Shown here piece after piece: positions 19,189-28,689 of a stretch of DNA of 64,000 bases. Position 1 is the first letter of the stretch, and each line of letters begins with the position of its first letter. The stretch is from an uncultured Alphaproteobacteria bacterium (GTDB lineage: Bacteria; Pseudomonadota; Alphaproteobacteria; Rhizobiales; Xanthobacteraceae), in assembly GCA_963786045.1 (NCBI GenBank), contig CAWAXR010000029.1:622-64621 (forward strand), in the 5' to 3' direction. The notes beneath the pieces were generated by a model. The model searched no databases. It saw only the letters and a list, made by a program, of their open reading frames with translations, and was not told the DNA's origin. Position numbers and translations under genes: made by a program.

Positions 19189-20871
19189 TCAATTCGTATT
19201 CCCGCTCCGCCAGATCCCGAATCTGCGAGCCGCCAGCCTTTCGACCTCGGCCAGTTCGTGAATGCCAAAGATTCGAAGGCAAACCAGATATATGCCGATC
19301 CCGACACCGCACAGCGCCGTGGCGCGTGTGACTATTTCGACAAGATGAACACCAGGCAGCCAACTGAGAAGGAGTATTCGCACACCCCACCCCGCGCCGA
19401 TCGCGATACATGCCGCAGCCGCCATCTGCAGTGCGGCTCCCAGCATGCCGGGCGTATCCTTCAACGTGGCGTCTCTCGCTTTAGCCTCCCGCTCGAAGCG
19501 ACGAAATTGCAGCCACCCCAGCAGCAACACGTAAGTGAGAATTGCCACGGAGCTTGCAATCGCGAGGCCGATCGCGCCCCCATGCTGGCGCAGCACGACG
19601 TAGAGCGGCACAAACCCAAATGCGACGATCGTGCCGACGATCGTCGGAAGCCAGGTACTACCCAACGCGTAAAAGCCGCGACTGATGACGGTCTGCGCCG
19701 CCCATCCTGCCAGACCAAGGCAGAGAAACCCGAGAACCGTCGCGGTGGAATCGGCGTCGGCGAGCGTGAAGCGGTTACTGAATGCTGCCCAGATCAGGTA
19801 AGCCGCCTCGAAGCCGGCCAGCGTCATGCAAATCTGGGCGGCGAAAATCGCGATCAGCATGGATCGCACGGCGCGACACAGCACCGCATAGGCTTCCACG
19901 ATATTGCCGTCCGCGACCATGCGGCTCAGCGTCGGATAGGAAGCCACGCCGGCTGCCATGCCGAACACGCCGATCGGCACCTTCATCAGCGTCCTGCCGT
20001 ATTGCAGATGCGACAGCGCGCCTTCGGCCAGATATGAAGCCTGATTTTTCACGATCCATTCGTCCACTACCACGATGGAGAAGCCGATCATGATCGGAAA
20101 GGACAGCCAGAGATACCGCCTGAGGTCGCGGTTATAAAATGAAAAGCTTGGGGACCAGCGTAGGCCCGTTCGAAGGCACCCATACAACGGCAGCCCGAAT
20201 GGCCCTAAAATGGATCCCGCCAATACGCCCCAGGCGAAGCCTTCCGCTCCCAATCCTGCCTGCTCGGCGCCGGCCAGGCCGCCGGCCATGATGCAAGCCG
20301 AGTATACGAGCGGCGCCATTGCCGGCAGAAGGTGGCGGTCCCGCGCCTGCAGCGCGGCCGACAGCAGGCCTCCGATGACGTGAAAGATCTGCGCCGGCAG
20401 GATAATGCGCATGAGCCGCACGAGCGTGTCCACCGCGGCCGGATCGGTGAACCCCGGCGCGACAACGGCCGCCAAAGGTCGCGCGAACACCATGAGCAGC
20501 GCAATCCCGATGGCCCCTGCCACAAGTATGAAGTTTGCAATGACGCTGAATGCCTCCCAGCCCCCCTCCTTGTCCCCGCGCTCGAGATACTCGACGAACA
20601 TCGGAATGAATACGATCGACAATGCCCCCGCGGCGAGCAGATAGTTCAGAAAATCCGGCAACGTAAAACTGGCGAAATAGATATCGGCTTCACGACTGGC
20701 GCCGAGCGTGCGGCCGATAATCTGCTCGCGAACAAGGCCCATGATACGGCTGAGAAAAATCGAAACCGCCCAGATCACGGAGGCAATCACGATCTTGTGC
20801 GTTTCAGTCGAACTGTGCTCGCGTTCGGGCTTCAAATTCGTCGGTCCCGCCCGGCCGATCTGCAACAGCAT
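19189..20871 (-). CDS. murJ: Lipid II flippase MurJ/MviN family protein
   Basis: SRIMGLVRE...ADIYFASFTLPDFL; many TM segments; VISRGFYALG; start uncertain. Confidence 0.85.
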   Translation of the reverse strand: MLLQIGRAGPTNLKPEREHSSTETHKIVIASVIWAVSIFLSRIMGLVREQIIGRTLGASREADIYFASFTLPDFLNYLLAAGALSIVFIPMFVEYLERGDKEGGWEAFSVIANFILVAGAIGIALLMVFARPLAAVVAPGFTDPAAVDTLVRLMRIILPAQIFHVIGGLLSAALQARDRHLLPAMAPLVYSACIMAGGLAGAEQAGLGAEGFAWGVLAGSILGPFGLPLYGCLRTGLRWSPSFSFYNRDLRRYLWLSFPIMIGFSIVVVDEWIVKNQASYLAEGALSHLQYGRTLMKVPIGVFGMAAGVASYPTLSRMVADGNIVEAYAVLCRAVRSMLIAIFAAQICMTLAGFEAAYLIWAAFSNRFTLADADSTATVLGFLCLGLAGWAAQTVISRGFYALGSTWLPTIVGTIVAFGFVPLYVVLRQHGGAIGLAIASSVAILTYVLLLGWLQFRRFEREAKARDATLKDTPGMLGAALQMAAAACIAIGAGWGVRILLLSWLPGVHLVEIVTRATALCGVGIGIYLVCLRIFGIHELAEVERLAARRFGIWRSGNTN

Positions 20872-20922
20872 TGTCGCACGGCATACGCCGTGTCTGGCCT
20901 TGCCGTTCGAGATGCAGACAAT

Positions 20923-21394
20923 CTATTTCTCCTGGATTTGGCTGAGATAATCGACAATAGCCGAAATTCGCTCCCGAATGCGGGTCTCGGAATCACAGGA
21001 AAGGTCGAGCAACGAATCGAGAGGTCTCGGTTTTTCCACTTTTCGCTTCAGATCTGGCGGGCTCCCCCGCCTGCATCCCCAGATCGGCATCGCGCTGCCC
21101 GGGCGCGATCCGACGCCATACCGTCCGTCAATTTTCCGGTAGATCTCGTTTGCCAGAAACACGCCGTTGTTCCTCTTGGCAAGGATTGTCAGATCGGCAG
21201 GCTTTATCTTGAGCTTGCTGCTCATCGGACCTTTCCCCTTACCGTCGGCGCCGTGGCATTCCGCGCATTTCGACAGAAATTCGGTCCTCCCTGTCTCGAA
21301 CGTTGCGCGCGCCTTCGTCGGCAATTGAAATGCCAGGCATCGACAGCGCGAGCGCTGCTCCGGCAATACCCGACCGGGCATTCCGCCAAATCAT
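20923..21394 (-). CDS. Periplasmic monoheme cytochrome c (one frameshift near 21310)
   Basis: Signal peptide MIWRNARSGIAGAALALSMPG lies in one frame; CAECH, PADLTILAKRNNGVF and AMPIWG lie in another; the shift falls in a GC dinucleotide run. Confidence 0.78.
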
Positions 21395-21447
21395 TTCGCG
21401 CGAACATTGACCAGGCATCGAATACCCCGTCTCCGGCATGCAGGATC

Positions 21448-23892
21448 CTATCTCGCCATTGCTTCCCGGAGTTGCTGGATAAGCGTCGTCAGATTACGGT
21501 CATCCGGCATGATAGCGGCCAGCCGCTCCGCATAGACGAGTGCAGAACCGTTATCCCCGGCCGCCCGATTGAACGCAATCAGCGCTGACAGAATATCGCG
21601 ATCGCCGGGATGACGCGCCAGGCCCTCTTTCAACACCGCCATGGCCTGATCGCCTTGACCGCTGGAGTTCAGCGCGACTGCATAGACATAGGCATATCGC
21701 GCACCGTCCGGCTCCAGCTCGGCCGCGCGCCGAAACTCGGAAACCGCAGCTTCCGGCTTCTTGAGCCTGGTAAGCGTCAATCCGAGCGCATGGTGCGCCG
21801 CGGCGTCACGCGGCGAAGCCGCGATCGCGGCGCGGAGTACGGCCTCCCCTTCGCTGTCCCGGCCGAGTTGCCGATATAGGTCAGCCAGATTGATGGACGC
21901 CGCGACGTATTGCGGGCTGAGTTGCAGCGCCGCCTTGTATTCAGTCTCCGCGCCGACTTGCTGTCCGCGCCGGCTGAGAAAATTCCCGAGCGTAGTGCGG
22001 GCTTCGGGGCGGTCGGCGTTGGCGCGTTGCGCGGCGATAAACTCGGCCGCGGCACGCTCAAAACGCTCACGATCGGGTGGAGGCTGACTCGCGGTCGGAA
22101 CGGCGGCGAGCAGCGAAGCTGCTCTGATCCTGACGCCGCGCACCGGATCGGACAAGACTGGAGATACAAATGGCCAGATCCGGCCGGCCGGTACATTTTC
22201 GAGCATGTCGAGCGCGCCTATCCGTACCATTGGATCGGGATCAGCGAGCGCGCTTCGAGCCGTGCTGATGTTTGCGGGAGAGACATGAGGCGCAAGTTCG
22301 GCAAGCGCGCTTGCGCGCGCAATGGCTGGCGTACTGCCATCCGCCGCGATGGCGGCAAGACGTGCGACAGCATCAGCCTGGTCCGTGCGCGAAGCATGGA
22401 AGGCCGCCCCATAAGTCTGAAAACCTTTGCGGTCAGGACCGAACCAGTCTTCGACGGCGGCGGCAGCCCATTGTGGTGTCTTGTCGCGGTGGCAATCGTT
22501 GCAGGCATTCGGGGTGCCGAACTCGACAGAAAGATCGGGCCTCGGGATACGAAAACTGTGATCGTGGCGCGGATCGACCACCATGTAGGTGCGGACCGGC
22601 ATGTGGCAGGACACGCACGAAGTCGGCGGGTCGACCGCGGCATGGTGGCGATGGCTGACATCGGCGTACTTGTCGGACGCATGGCATTGCAGGCAGACAC
22701 CTTCGCCCGCGACCCGAAGCTTCGCGCTGTGCGGCTCGTGGCAATCGCCGCAGCTGACGCCCGCGGCAAACATCCTGCTCTGTTTGAACGGGGCATAATT
22801 ATATGCCTCTTCCACGTCACGGGTCTGCCCGTCGGCATGATAGGTGTTGCGCGTCAGCGGTTCGACGACGTGGGTTTGCGATAGCCACTGGCCTGGGATC
22901 CAATCCTCGTGGAACCCGGCGCGGCGCGCGTGGCACAATCCGCAGGTCTCGACCTCCTTGCGAAGCGTGACCGGTGCGGCTCTGCGCCGTGCGTTTCCGG
23001 TCCGTGGATCGATCGGCCAGGTCACGTCACGACGCTCATCGAAACGGACCAGCAATCCCTTGTTCAAATCCTCTCGCTTGCCAAACGGCCACCAGCTCAG
23101 TTGATCGCGTGCCCAGGCAGCGTGAGACGACCCCTGTCCATGGCACGCCTCGCAACCCACGCTGATCTCCGCCCAACCCGTGGCGAAGTGATCTGTTCCA
23201 GCGTCATAGTTCTTGCGCAGGCCGGTCGAGTGACACTCCGCACACATGAAATTCCAATTCTGGTTCAGCTTCGTCCAGTGCAGGATGTCATCGTGATTGA
23301 TCTCCTCGTTCGGATAGATATGAAACCAGCGCTGGCCACCTTTTTCTTTCGGCCTGGCGTCCCATGCGATCGACAGCGCCTGAATACGGCCGTCGGGAAA
23401 TTCGATGAGGTATTGCTGCAATGGATCGACGCCGAAAGTGTATTTCACCTCGAACACGGCAAGCTTGCCGTCAGGCCCATCGGTCTCGACCAGGAATTTT
23501 CCACCGCTGCGGAAGAAGCGCGAATGCACGCCGTAATAATCGAAGCTTGCGTCGTTGAAATTACCGAGCACGGTCTTGTCGGTCGCGTGCTGCATCGAAG
23601 CCTTGTGCTGTGAGGCATTCCACAATTTTGTTTCCGTTTGGTGGCAGCCTGCGCATGTCTCGCTCCCGACGAAACTTGCCGGCGGCGAAATTCCACCGCG
23701 CAGGTGAAAACCAAAGCCGGCGGCAACGACGATCGTCACCGCGGCCGCCGCAACCCAGATCAGGGGCCCGGAAAATACGGCTTTGGATTTGCCCGGAACG
23801 GCCTCTTGCGACGAGACAGCCTGCGCCGGTTCTCCGACAGGCCTCTTGCTCGATCCATCTGCTTGGCCGGATTTGCGTCGCTTGCGTGCCAA
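21448..23892 (-). CDS. Membrane-anchored octaheme cytochrome c domain + HEAT repeats + TPR repeats
   Basis: N-terminal TM; eight CxxCH motifs (CAGCH, CAECH, CEACH, CGLCH, CGDCH, CLQCH, CVSCH, CNDCH); DPDPMVRIGAL HEAT-like repeats; C-terminal TPRs. Confidence 0.88.
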   Translation of the reverse strand: MARKRRKSGQADGSSKRPVGEPAQAVSSQEAVPGKSKAVFSGPLIWVAAAAVTIVVAAGFGFHLRGGISPPASFVGSETCAGCHQTETKLWNASQHKASMQHATDKTVLGNFNDASFDYYGVHSRFFRSGGKFLVETDGPDGKLAVFEVKYTFGVDPLQQYLIEFPDGRIQALSIAWDARPKEKGGQRWFHIYPNEEINHDDILHWTKLNQNWNFMCAECHSTGLRKNYDAGTDHFATGWAEISVGCEACHGQGSSHAAWARDQLSWWPFGKREDLNKGLLVRFDERRDVTWPIDPRTGNARRRAAPVTLRKEVETCGLCHARRAGFHEDWIPGQWLSQTHVVEPLTRNTYHADGQTRDVEEAYNYAPFKQSRMFAAGVSCGDCHEPHSAKLRVAGEGVCLQCHASDKYADVSHRHHAAVDPPTSCVSCHMPVRTYMVVDPRHDHSFRIPRPDLSVEFGTPNACNDCHRDKTPQWAAAAVEDWFGPDRKGFQTYGAAFHASRTDQADAVARLAAIAADGSTPAIARASALAELAPHVSPANISTARSALADPDPMVRIGALDMLENVPAGRIWPFVSPVLSDPVRGVRIRAASLLAAVPTASQPPPDRERFERAAAEFIAAQRANADRPEARTTLGNFLSRRGQQVGAETEYKAALQLSPQYVAASINLADLYRQLGRDSEGEAVLRAAIAASPRDAAAHHALGLTLTRLKKPEAAVSEFRRAAELEPDGARYAYVYAVALNSSGQGDQAMAVLKEGLARHPGDRDILSALIAFNRAAGDNGSALVYAERLAAIMPDDRNLTTLIQQLREAMAR

Positions 23893-24019
23893 CCGCCTGG
23901 CCCCTCAGTGCCGGGATCGCGAGAAGCGATCGCGCAATCCCTCATCAGGACTACGATCCATCATTGACCGACCTCCCAGCAAGTCAAGTGGGAGGCTTGC
24001 CGATCACAGGGCAAGCGCG

Positions 24020-24430
24020 TCAATTCGGGCAGCGCGAATATTTCATTGCGAGTTCGTCCCCCATTCCGGGAAAAATCCGCATGATGGTATTGTCGTCGAT
24101 GACTCTTGCGCTGAACTGAATGTTCGACGCCATGATGTCGCTTGCGCACGCGGCAATGAAATTGATGGTGTTTCCATCTTCTTTTCGTGCCTTGATGATG
24201 CAGGTCTGCAGCTGGCCGCGGACCTTGTTTCCTTCCACGATGAAGCCGCCGCCATATTGGTCGGAATCCCGGACGAACGATATCGTGCCGCCGTTCTTTA
24301 CAAAGACCTTGGCGCATACCGCGGCATCCGTAGCCCACGAACCATTCAAATCAGTCGCAAGCGCGGGGCCCCAGAAGGCGACCCAACTTGCAGCGCATAT
24401 CGCAATCAACATCGGCAATTTGATTTTCAT
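24020..24430 (-). CDS. Exported hypothetical protein
   Basis: Signal peptide ending PALA, DLNGSWATD..C start, four Cys in the mature part. Confidence 0.7.
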   Translation of the reverse strand: MKIKLPMLIAICAASWVAFWGPALATDLNGSWATDAAVCAKVFVKNGGTISFVRDSDQYGGGFIVEGNKVRGQLQTCIIKARKEDGNTINFIAACASDIMASNIQFSARVIDDNTIMRIFPGMGDELAMKYSRCPN

Positions 24431-24618
24431 CGTCTTTTCCCGTTCCCGAAATTATCAAAATTGAAAAGATTTCCTCGCACACGAGGTCGCGGAAGCGGTT
24501 GATCTCAGTCAAGTCTTTCCAACCAAACTCTGAGATTGATCCGCGATCGGCATAAACGGTCAGCGATGCTGACATAAAGAGTGCCGATCGGTTGACTTAA
24601 GGTTTCAAGAATGGATGG

Positions 24619-25389
24619 ATGACAGCGATGAGTCCATTGCAGACGTCCCTGGTGGCCTTCGCCTGCATTTTTGGCGGCACGTTTTTGGGCATATTCGTTC
24701 GCAACAAAATGCCCCATCGACATCTAAGTGGAGACACCAAGGATATCGTGAGGCAAGGCACCGGGCTGATCGCCACGCTTGCCTCTCTCGTCCTCGGGTT
24801 GTTAATTGCTTCAGCCAATGGAAAGTTCGAGACCGAAAGCAGTCAGATCAAGCAACTGACAGCCAATATTGTTTTGCTGGATAACACTTTGGATCTGTAT
24901 GGGCAGGACGCTGCGCCGGTTCGCGCCGTGCTGCGGCGAGAGATTGGCGTGCTGGCCGATCGAATTTGGGGAGAGAACCGCCCGGGCTTTGGCAAGCCGA
25001 AGCCTTTTGAGGCCTCCGTTCTTGGATTATCTATCTATACCGAAATTCTCAAACTCGCGCCGAAGACTGATGCGCAGCGCTTTCTTCAAGGGCGAGCCAT
25101 CGACACCCTTATCGACATAGGAAAGACGCGTCTGCTCTTGTTCACCAACGCAGGCGACTCGATTCCTGTCCCCTTCCTGATCGTGCTGGTTGGCTGGCTT
25201 GCGCTCATCTTTGCCAGCATCAGCCTTTTTGCCGAAAGCAGCGCAAGAACGATTGCCATACTTTGTGTTTTCTCATTTGCGGCGTCGGCCGCGATCTTCC
25301 TGATTCTGGAGCTTGGTCAGCCTTTTGCGGGACTGATGATGATCTCCGATCAACCCTTGCGCGATGCGCTTGCGACCCCGCCTCGCTAA
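24619..25389 (+). CDS. DUF4239/bestrophin-like membrane protein
   Basis: Two N-terminal and two C-terminal TM segments; GLIATLASLVLGLLIASA and ILELGQPFAG patterns. Confidence 0.72.
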   Translation: MTAMSPLQTSLVAFACIFGGTFLGIFVRNKMPHRHLSGDTKDIVRQGTGLIATLASLVLGLLIASANGKFETESSQIKQLTANIVLLDNTLDLYGQDAAPVRAVLRREIGVLADRIWGENRPGFGKPKPFEASVLGLSIYTEILKLAPKTDAQRFLQGRAIDTLIDIGKTRLLLFTNAGDSIPVPFLIVLVGWLALIFASISLFAESSARTIAILCVFSFAASAAIFLILELGQPFAGLMMISDQPLRDALATPPR

Positions 25390-25557
25390 GGAAAGTCGCG
25401 ACAAATTTTCACCGGATATGTGAGGTGAGCGAATACTGACGTGGTTTAGGCACGAATAGTCAACTTATATTGCTGACTGTTCAATATTGAACACGACTCT
25501 GGAACCGCCAGATCCCATAGTATTCGTCCACTTTTCCCGCCCGCTAGGGAGGCTGGT

Positions 25558-25710
25558 ATGGATAGATACATTCACCAGGAAAACCTGCGCCTGCTCAGGA
25601 AACGCCTCGCCGAAACCCATGACGATGCCAAGCACGAGGTGCTCTTGAAACTTCTGGCGGACGAAGAGGCGAGAGAAGAAGTTCTGCCGAAAGACACGAA
25701 ACCGCATTGA
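25558..25710 (+). CDS. Small helical protein (50 aa) missing from the ORF track
   Basis: AGGGAGG RBS, then MDRYIHQENLRLLRKRLAETHDDAKHEVLLKLLADEEAREEVLPKDTKPH-stop. Confidence 0.7.
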   Translation: MDRYIHQENLRLLRKRLAETHDDAKHEVLLKLLADEEAREEVLPKDTKPH

Positions 25711-25807
25711 TCGGAGAACGGGGCAGCGGCCTGACTTCGCGCGCTCCGTGGCGACGCGCAACGATACCGGCGGTCGCCGCATTTTTTGCTTTTCGCTTGA
25801 GGCCAAG

Positions 25808-25835
25808 AAAAAAGCCCCGGACGCCGCCGGGGCTT
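25808..25835 (-). terminator. Rho-independent terminator
   Basis: Stem AAGCCCCGG/CCGGGGCTT with a 6-nt loop, followed by a U-tract on the minus strand, just after the omp remnant. Confidence 0.8.
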
Positions 25836-25861
25836 GAGTTTCGGGAGACCTCTCAAGAAGC

Positions 25862-26077
25862 TCAATAGCGGGGACCACCGGACCTCCAAACCGATAGTTC
25901 ACGCCCACGGCGACCATAACCGCTGTCAGCGGCGAGATAAAAGCCGCTCCATAGATGGGCGACAGCCACCATCACAGGGCCTTCACACGGGTCGGCGTGG
26001 GCAAGTCAGACGCAAGCGCCTGTGCCGTCACCCCCGAGGACAAAAAGGCTAACCATCCCCAACAAAAGCTTTTTCAT
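25862..26077 (-). pseudogene. Internally deleted outer-membrane protein (Omp31/RopB-like) remnant
   Basis: GGAGGG RBS; MKKLLLGMVSLFVLG(V)TAQALASDLP..VKA..VMVAVAHLWSGFYL joined directly to MVAVGVNYRFGGPVV(A)RY-stop, read across small frameshifts. Confidence 0.8.
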
Positions 26078-26310
26078 GGCAATCCCTCCACTTACGACGT
26101 ATGCCAACTCTTAAAGAGCTAAGCCTTCGTGGTCTGCTGTCGTTGGGATGAAGCAAACAATCAACCGAACAAACAGGCGGCCTCGGTCCCTCTTGACCTG
26201 CATCAACTAAGTAGATCGCCGGCTCGATAGATTTTTGATGTGTGTGTGTGTGCCCAGGCCGCAATTCACCGGCGCCACGCGTTGGGCTTCCGGCATTTGG
26301 AGCCATGTTC

Positions 26311-27636
26311 ATGATCCCGATAAGAATGCCGCTCTGGCTTCGCGTCGTGTCGCTCATTGGTGTGATCATTCTTGTGACCGGTGCGAGTCTCCTTGCCTAC
26401 CGTTGGTATGCCCATCCGGTGACGCTTACGCTGGCCGTCGGCTCGATCGACGGTGAAGGGGCCAAGGCAATGTCCGCGATGGCCAGCCAACTCGTCTCCG
26501 ACGGCGCGTCCGTGCGGCTCAAGGTGATCGACACCGGCACGGCGCTTGAATCGGCCAGACAGTTTGCCGCGGGCGATGTGGATCTCGCCGTCGTGCGAGG
26601 CGACGTCGGCGATTTATCGCAAGCCCAGGCTGTCGTCGTTCTCACCCATGCGACCGTACTCATCATCGCCCCGCCCGGCTCGTCCATAGACAGCATCGAC
26701 AAGCTCAAGGGCCGAACGGTGGGCGTGGTCGGAGGAGAAGTGAACTCCAAGATTGTTGAAGTACTGGACAAGGTGTACGACCTTGCCCGCGCCAAGGTTG
26801 TCTTCAAGAACCTCACTTTGCGGGATGCTCGGCAAGCCGTTCAGTCGAAACAAGTCAGCGCCTTGCTCGTCGTGATCCCTTTGACGGAGAGATATCTGTC
26901 GCTGGTAAAAGGCTTTTTTCAACAAGGCGCGAAAGCGTTGCCGGTCCTGATCCCGATCGACTCAGCCGCAGCAATTGCCGATGCCAATCGCGCCTATGAG
27001 AGTTTTGACGTACCAAAGGGCACTCTGCGAGGGGCTCCTCCGGTGCCTGACGAAGATCTCACGACCTTGAGGACCTCGCTGTATCTGGTCGCGAACAAGA
27101 AGCTCAGCTCCGATGTGGCAACCAATCTCACTCAGACCATCATGAAGGTCCGCAGGGAGCTTCTGGGCGAGCACCCGATCTTCGCACAGATCACCACTCC
27201 GAGCACTGACGCCGATGCCTACCTTCCCGTCCATCCAGGAGCGCTGGCTGTATACAACGGAACGCAGCAGAGCTTCATGGATGAATACGGCAATTACATC
27301 TATTTGGGCCCCATGGTGCTGGGCGGTATCGCTTCCTTTCTCGCTGCGGCCTGGAAGTTTTTAGGCATTGGGCAGCCTGAAGTCAGGGAAGGTCCTCTGG
27401 ATTCCCTTTATGCCTTGGCGCGGCGGATAAGGGGCGTGATTACGGAAACTGAATTGTCAAACATCGAGGAAGACATTGACAGCATTCTCAAGGCTGAGCG
27501 CATCAAGGCCGAGGGCGGCGATGAAAATGCGGTTGATGCAGCTACATTGAACGTGGTCGCCCACCGTTTGGAAAATCTGATTCACGATCGGCGCGTGATT
27601 CTTGCGACAAAAATTCCGGCTGCTTCCATGGCGTAG
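26311..27636 (+). CDS. Membrane-anchored TAXI-family TRAP solute-binding protein with a C-terminal TM and cytoplasmic tail
   Basis: LTLAVGSIDGEG, SIDKLKGRTVGV, PVHPGALAVY, then YLGPMVLGGIASFLAAAW TM. Confidence 0.8.
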   Translation: MIPIRMPLWLRVVSLIGVIILVTGASLLAYRWYAHPVTLTLAVGSIDGEGAKAMSAMASQLVSDGASVRLKVIDTGTALESARQFAAGDVDLAVVRGDVGDLSQAQAVVVLTHATVLIIAPPGSSIDSIDKLKGRTVGVVGGEVNSKIVEVLDKVYDLARAKVVFKNLTLRDARQAVQSKQVSALLVVIPLTERYLSLVKGFFQQGAKALPVLIPIDSAAAIADANRAYESFDVPKGTLRGAPPVPDEDLTTLRTSLYLVANKKLSSDVATNLTQTIMKVRRELLGEHPIFAQITTPSTDADAYLPVHPGALAVYNGTQQSFMDEYGNYIYLGPMVLGGIASFLAAAWKFLGIGQPEVREGPLDSLYALARRIRGVITETELSNIEEDIDSILKAERIKAEGGDENAVDAATLNVVAHRLENLIHDRRVILATKIPAASMA

Positions 27637-27656
27637 GGAGAAACGGCCATCGAGGC

Positions 27657-28511
27657 CTAATAGGTCATATTAAATCTGACTTGCGCCTTTATATTATAGA
27701 CCGGGTAGTCCTTGATGATGGGCACGCCTAGTTCGAATGAGAGTGAGGCATTGTCAGACAAATCGCGTCCGATTTTGGCGTCGAACGGAAGGAACAGCCG
27801 GCCGGCCTGGCCGACGATCGGGTCTCCCAAATTTATCCTGATGTCTGCGCTCGGATAGAGGGTGATGAACCATCCATTCGGAAGGCCAAGGTTGACGGTC
27901 GGCGCAAATTGCAGATTGCTGATATTGTTGTTGGTCGGATCGCCGGCGAAACTGGTGTCGTATCGGATGATCGGCTCGAAATAGCTGGATGAATTGATCT
28001 CCCACAATGCGTAGCGTGCACCGACGATGGGCATGATCTGCCATTTTCCCGAACCGAGCATGTCTCCACCCGTGGGCGTGATCAGCCGGGCGCCGAAGCC
28101 GACCGCCCAGCGCTGAGACAAATTGTGGATGACGGCGGCCTGAACATTGGCATCACCCACACCACGCAGGTAATCGCCATCGGGATTGCTGGACGTAATT
28201 GGATTCTTGGCGAGCATGGGCAGATCGCTGCGTAGCGCCAGAATCCACATCGGCGCCAGCTCCAACGCGTGATCAAAACGCAAATTGAGCATGTCGGTCG
28301 TGACACCGCGAACAGATCCCGGCGCGCTACCGCTTCCGGGGGCGGTTCTATATTGTTGCATCAACTGAAACAGATTCGCCGGAGGCCTGAAGAAGTCATC
28401 GCCAGTATTCGGCTGCTTATCGTTGGAGGACGCTCCTTGTGCGGCCGCGACGGTCGGCCACAAACTCTCCATAACAAGGAAGCAAGCGCAGAGAATTGCG
28501 CGAACAGCCAT
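27657..28511 (-). CDS. Putative outer-membrane beta-barrel (MetA-pathway/transporter-like)
   Basis: Signal peptide; GVGDANVQ, LITPTGGDMLGSGKWQIMP; amphipathic strands; C-terminal aromatic residue (FNMTY). Confidence 0.6.
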   Translation of the reverse strand: MAVRAILCACFLVMESLWPTVAAAQGASSNDKQPNTGDDFFRPPANLFQLMQQYRTAPGSGSAPGSVRGVTTDMLNLRFDHALELAPMWILALRSDLPMLAKNPITSSNPDGDYLRGVGDANVQAAVIHNLSQRWAVGFGARLITPTGGDMLGSGKWQIMPIVGARYALWEINSSSYFEPIIRYDTSFAGDPTNNNISNLQFAPTVNLGLPNGWFITLYPSADIRINLGDPIVGQAGRLFLPFDAKIGRDLSDNASLSFELGVPIIKDYPVYNIKAQVRFNMTY

Positions 28512-28689
28512 CACGGCGGCATCGCGCCCTTCCCATCCAGGAAGAATCCCCGCTCGCATCGGCGACGCTCCGTATGCAAGTCGCATTTAGCCGGGGCCGC
28601 GCCCGTCAAACGCCATCCAACACTTGCTCATTCGTTGCCGCGGCCGACACGGAACATAGACCGCCGCAGATAATTCGCTTCGGAACAGG

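Noticed and set aside
25465-25917. 150 aa ORF beginning MVAVGVNYRFGGPVV
   Set aside because: It is the last strand of the omp remnant reading past a 1-nt deletion and through the terminator, not a real protein.
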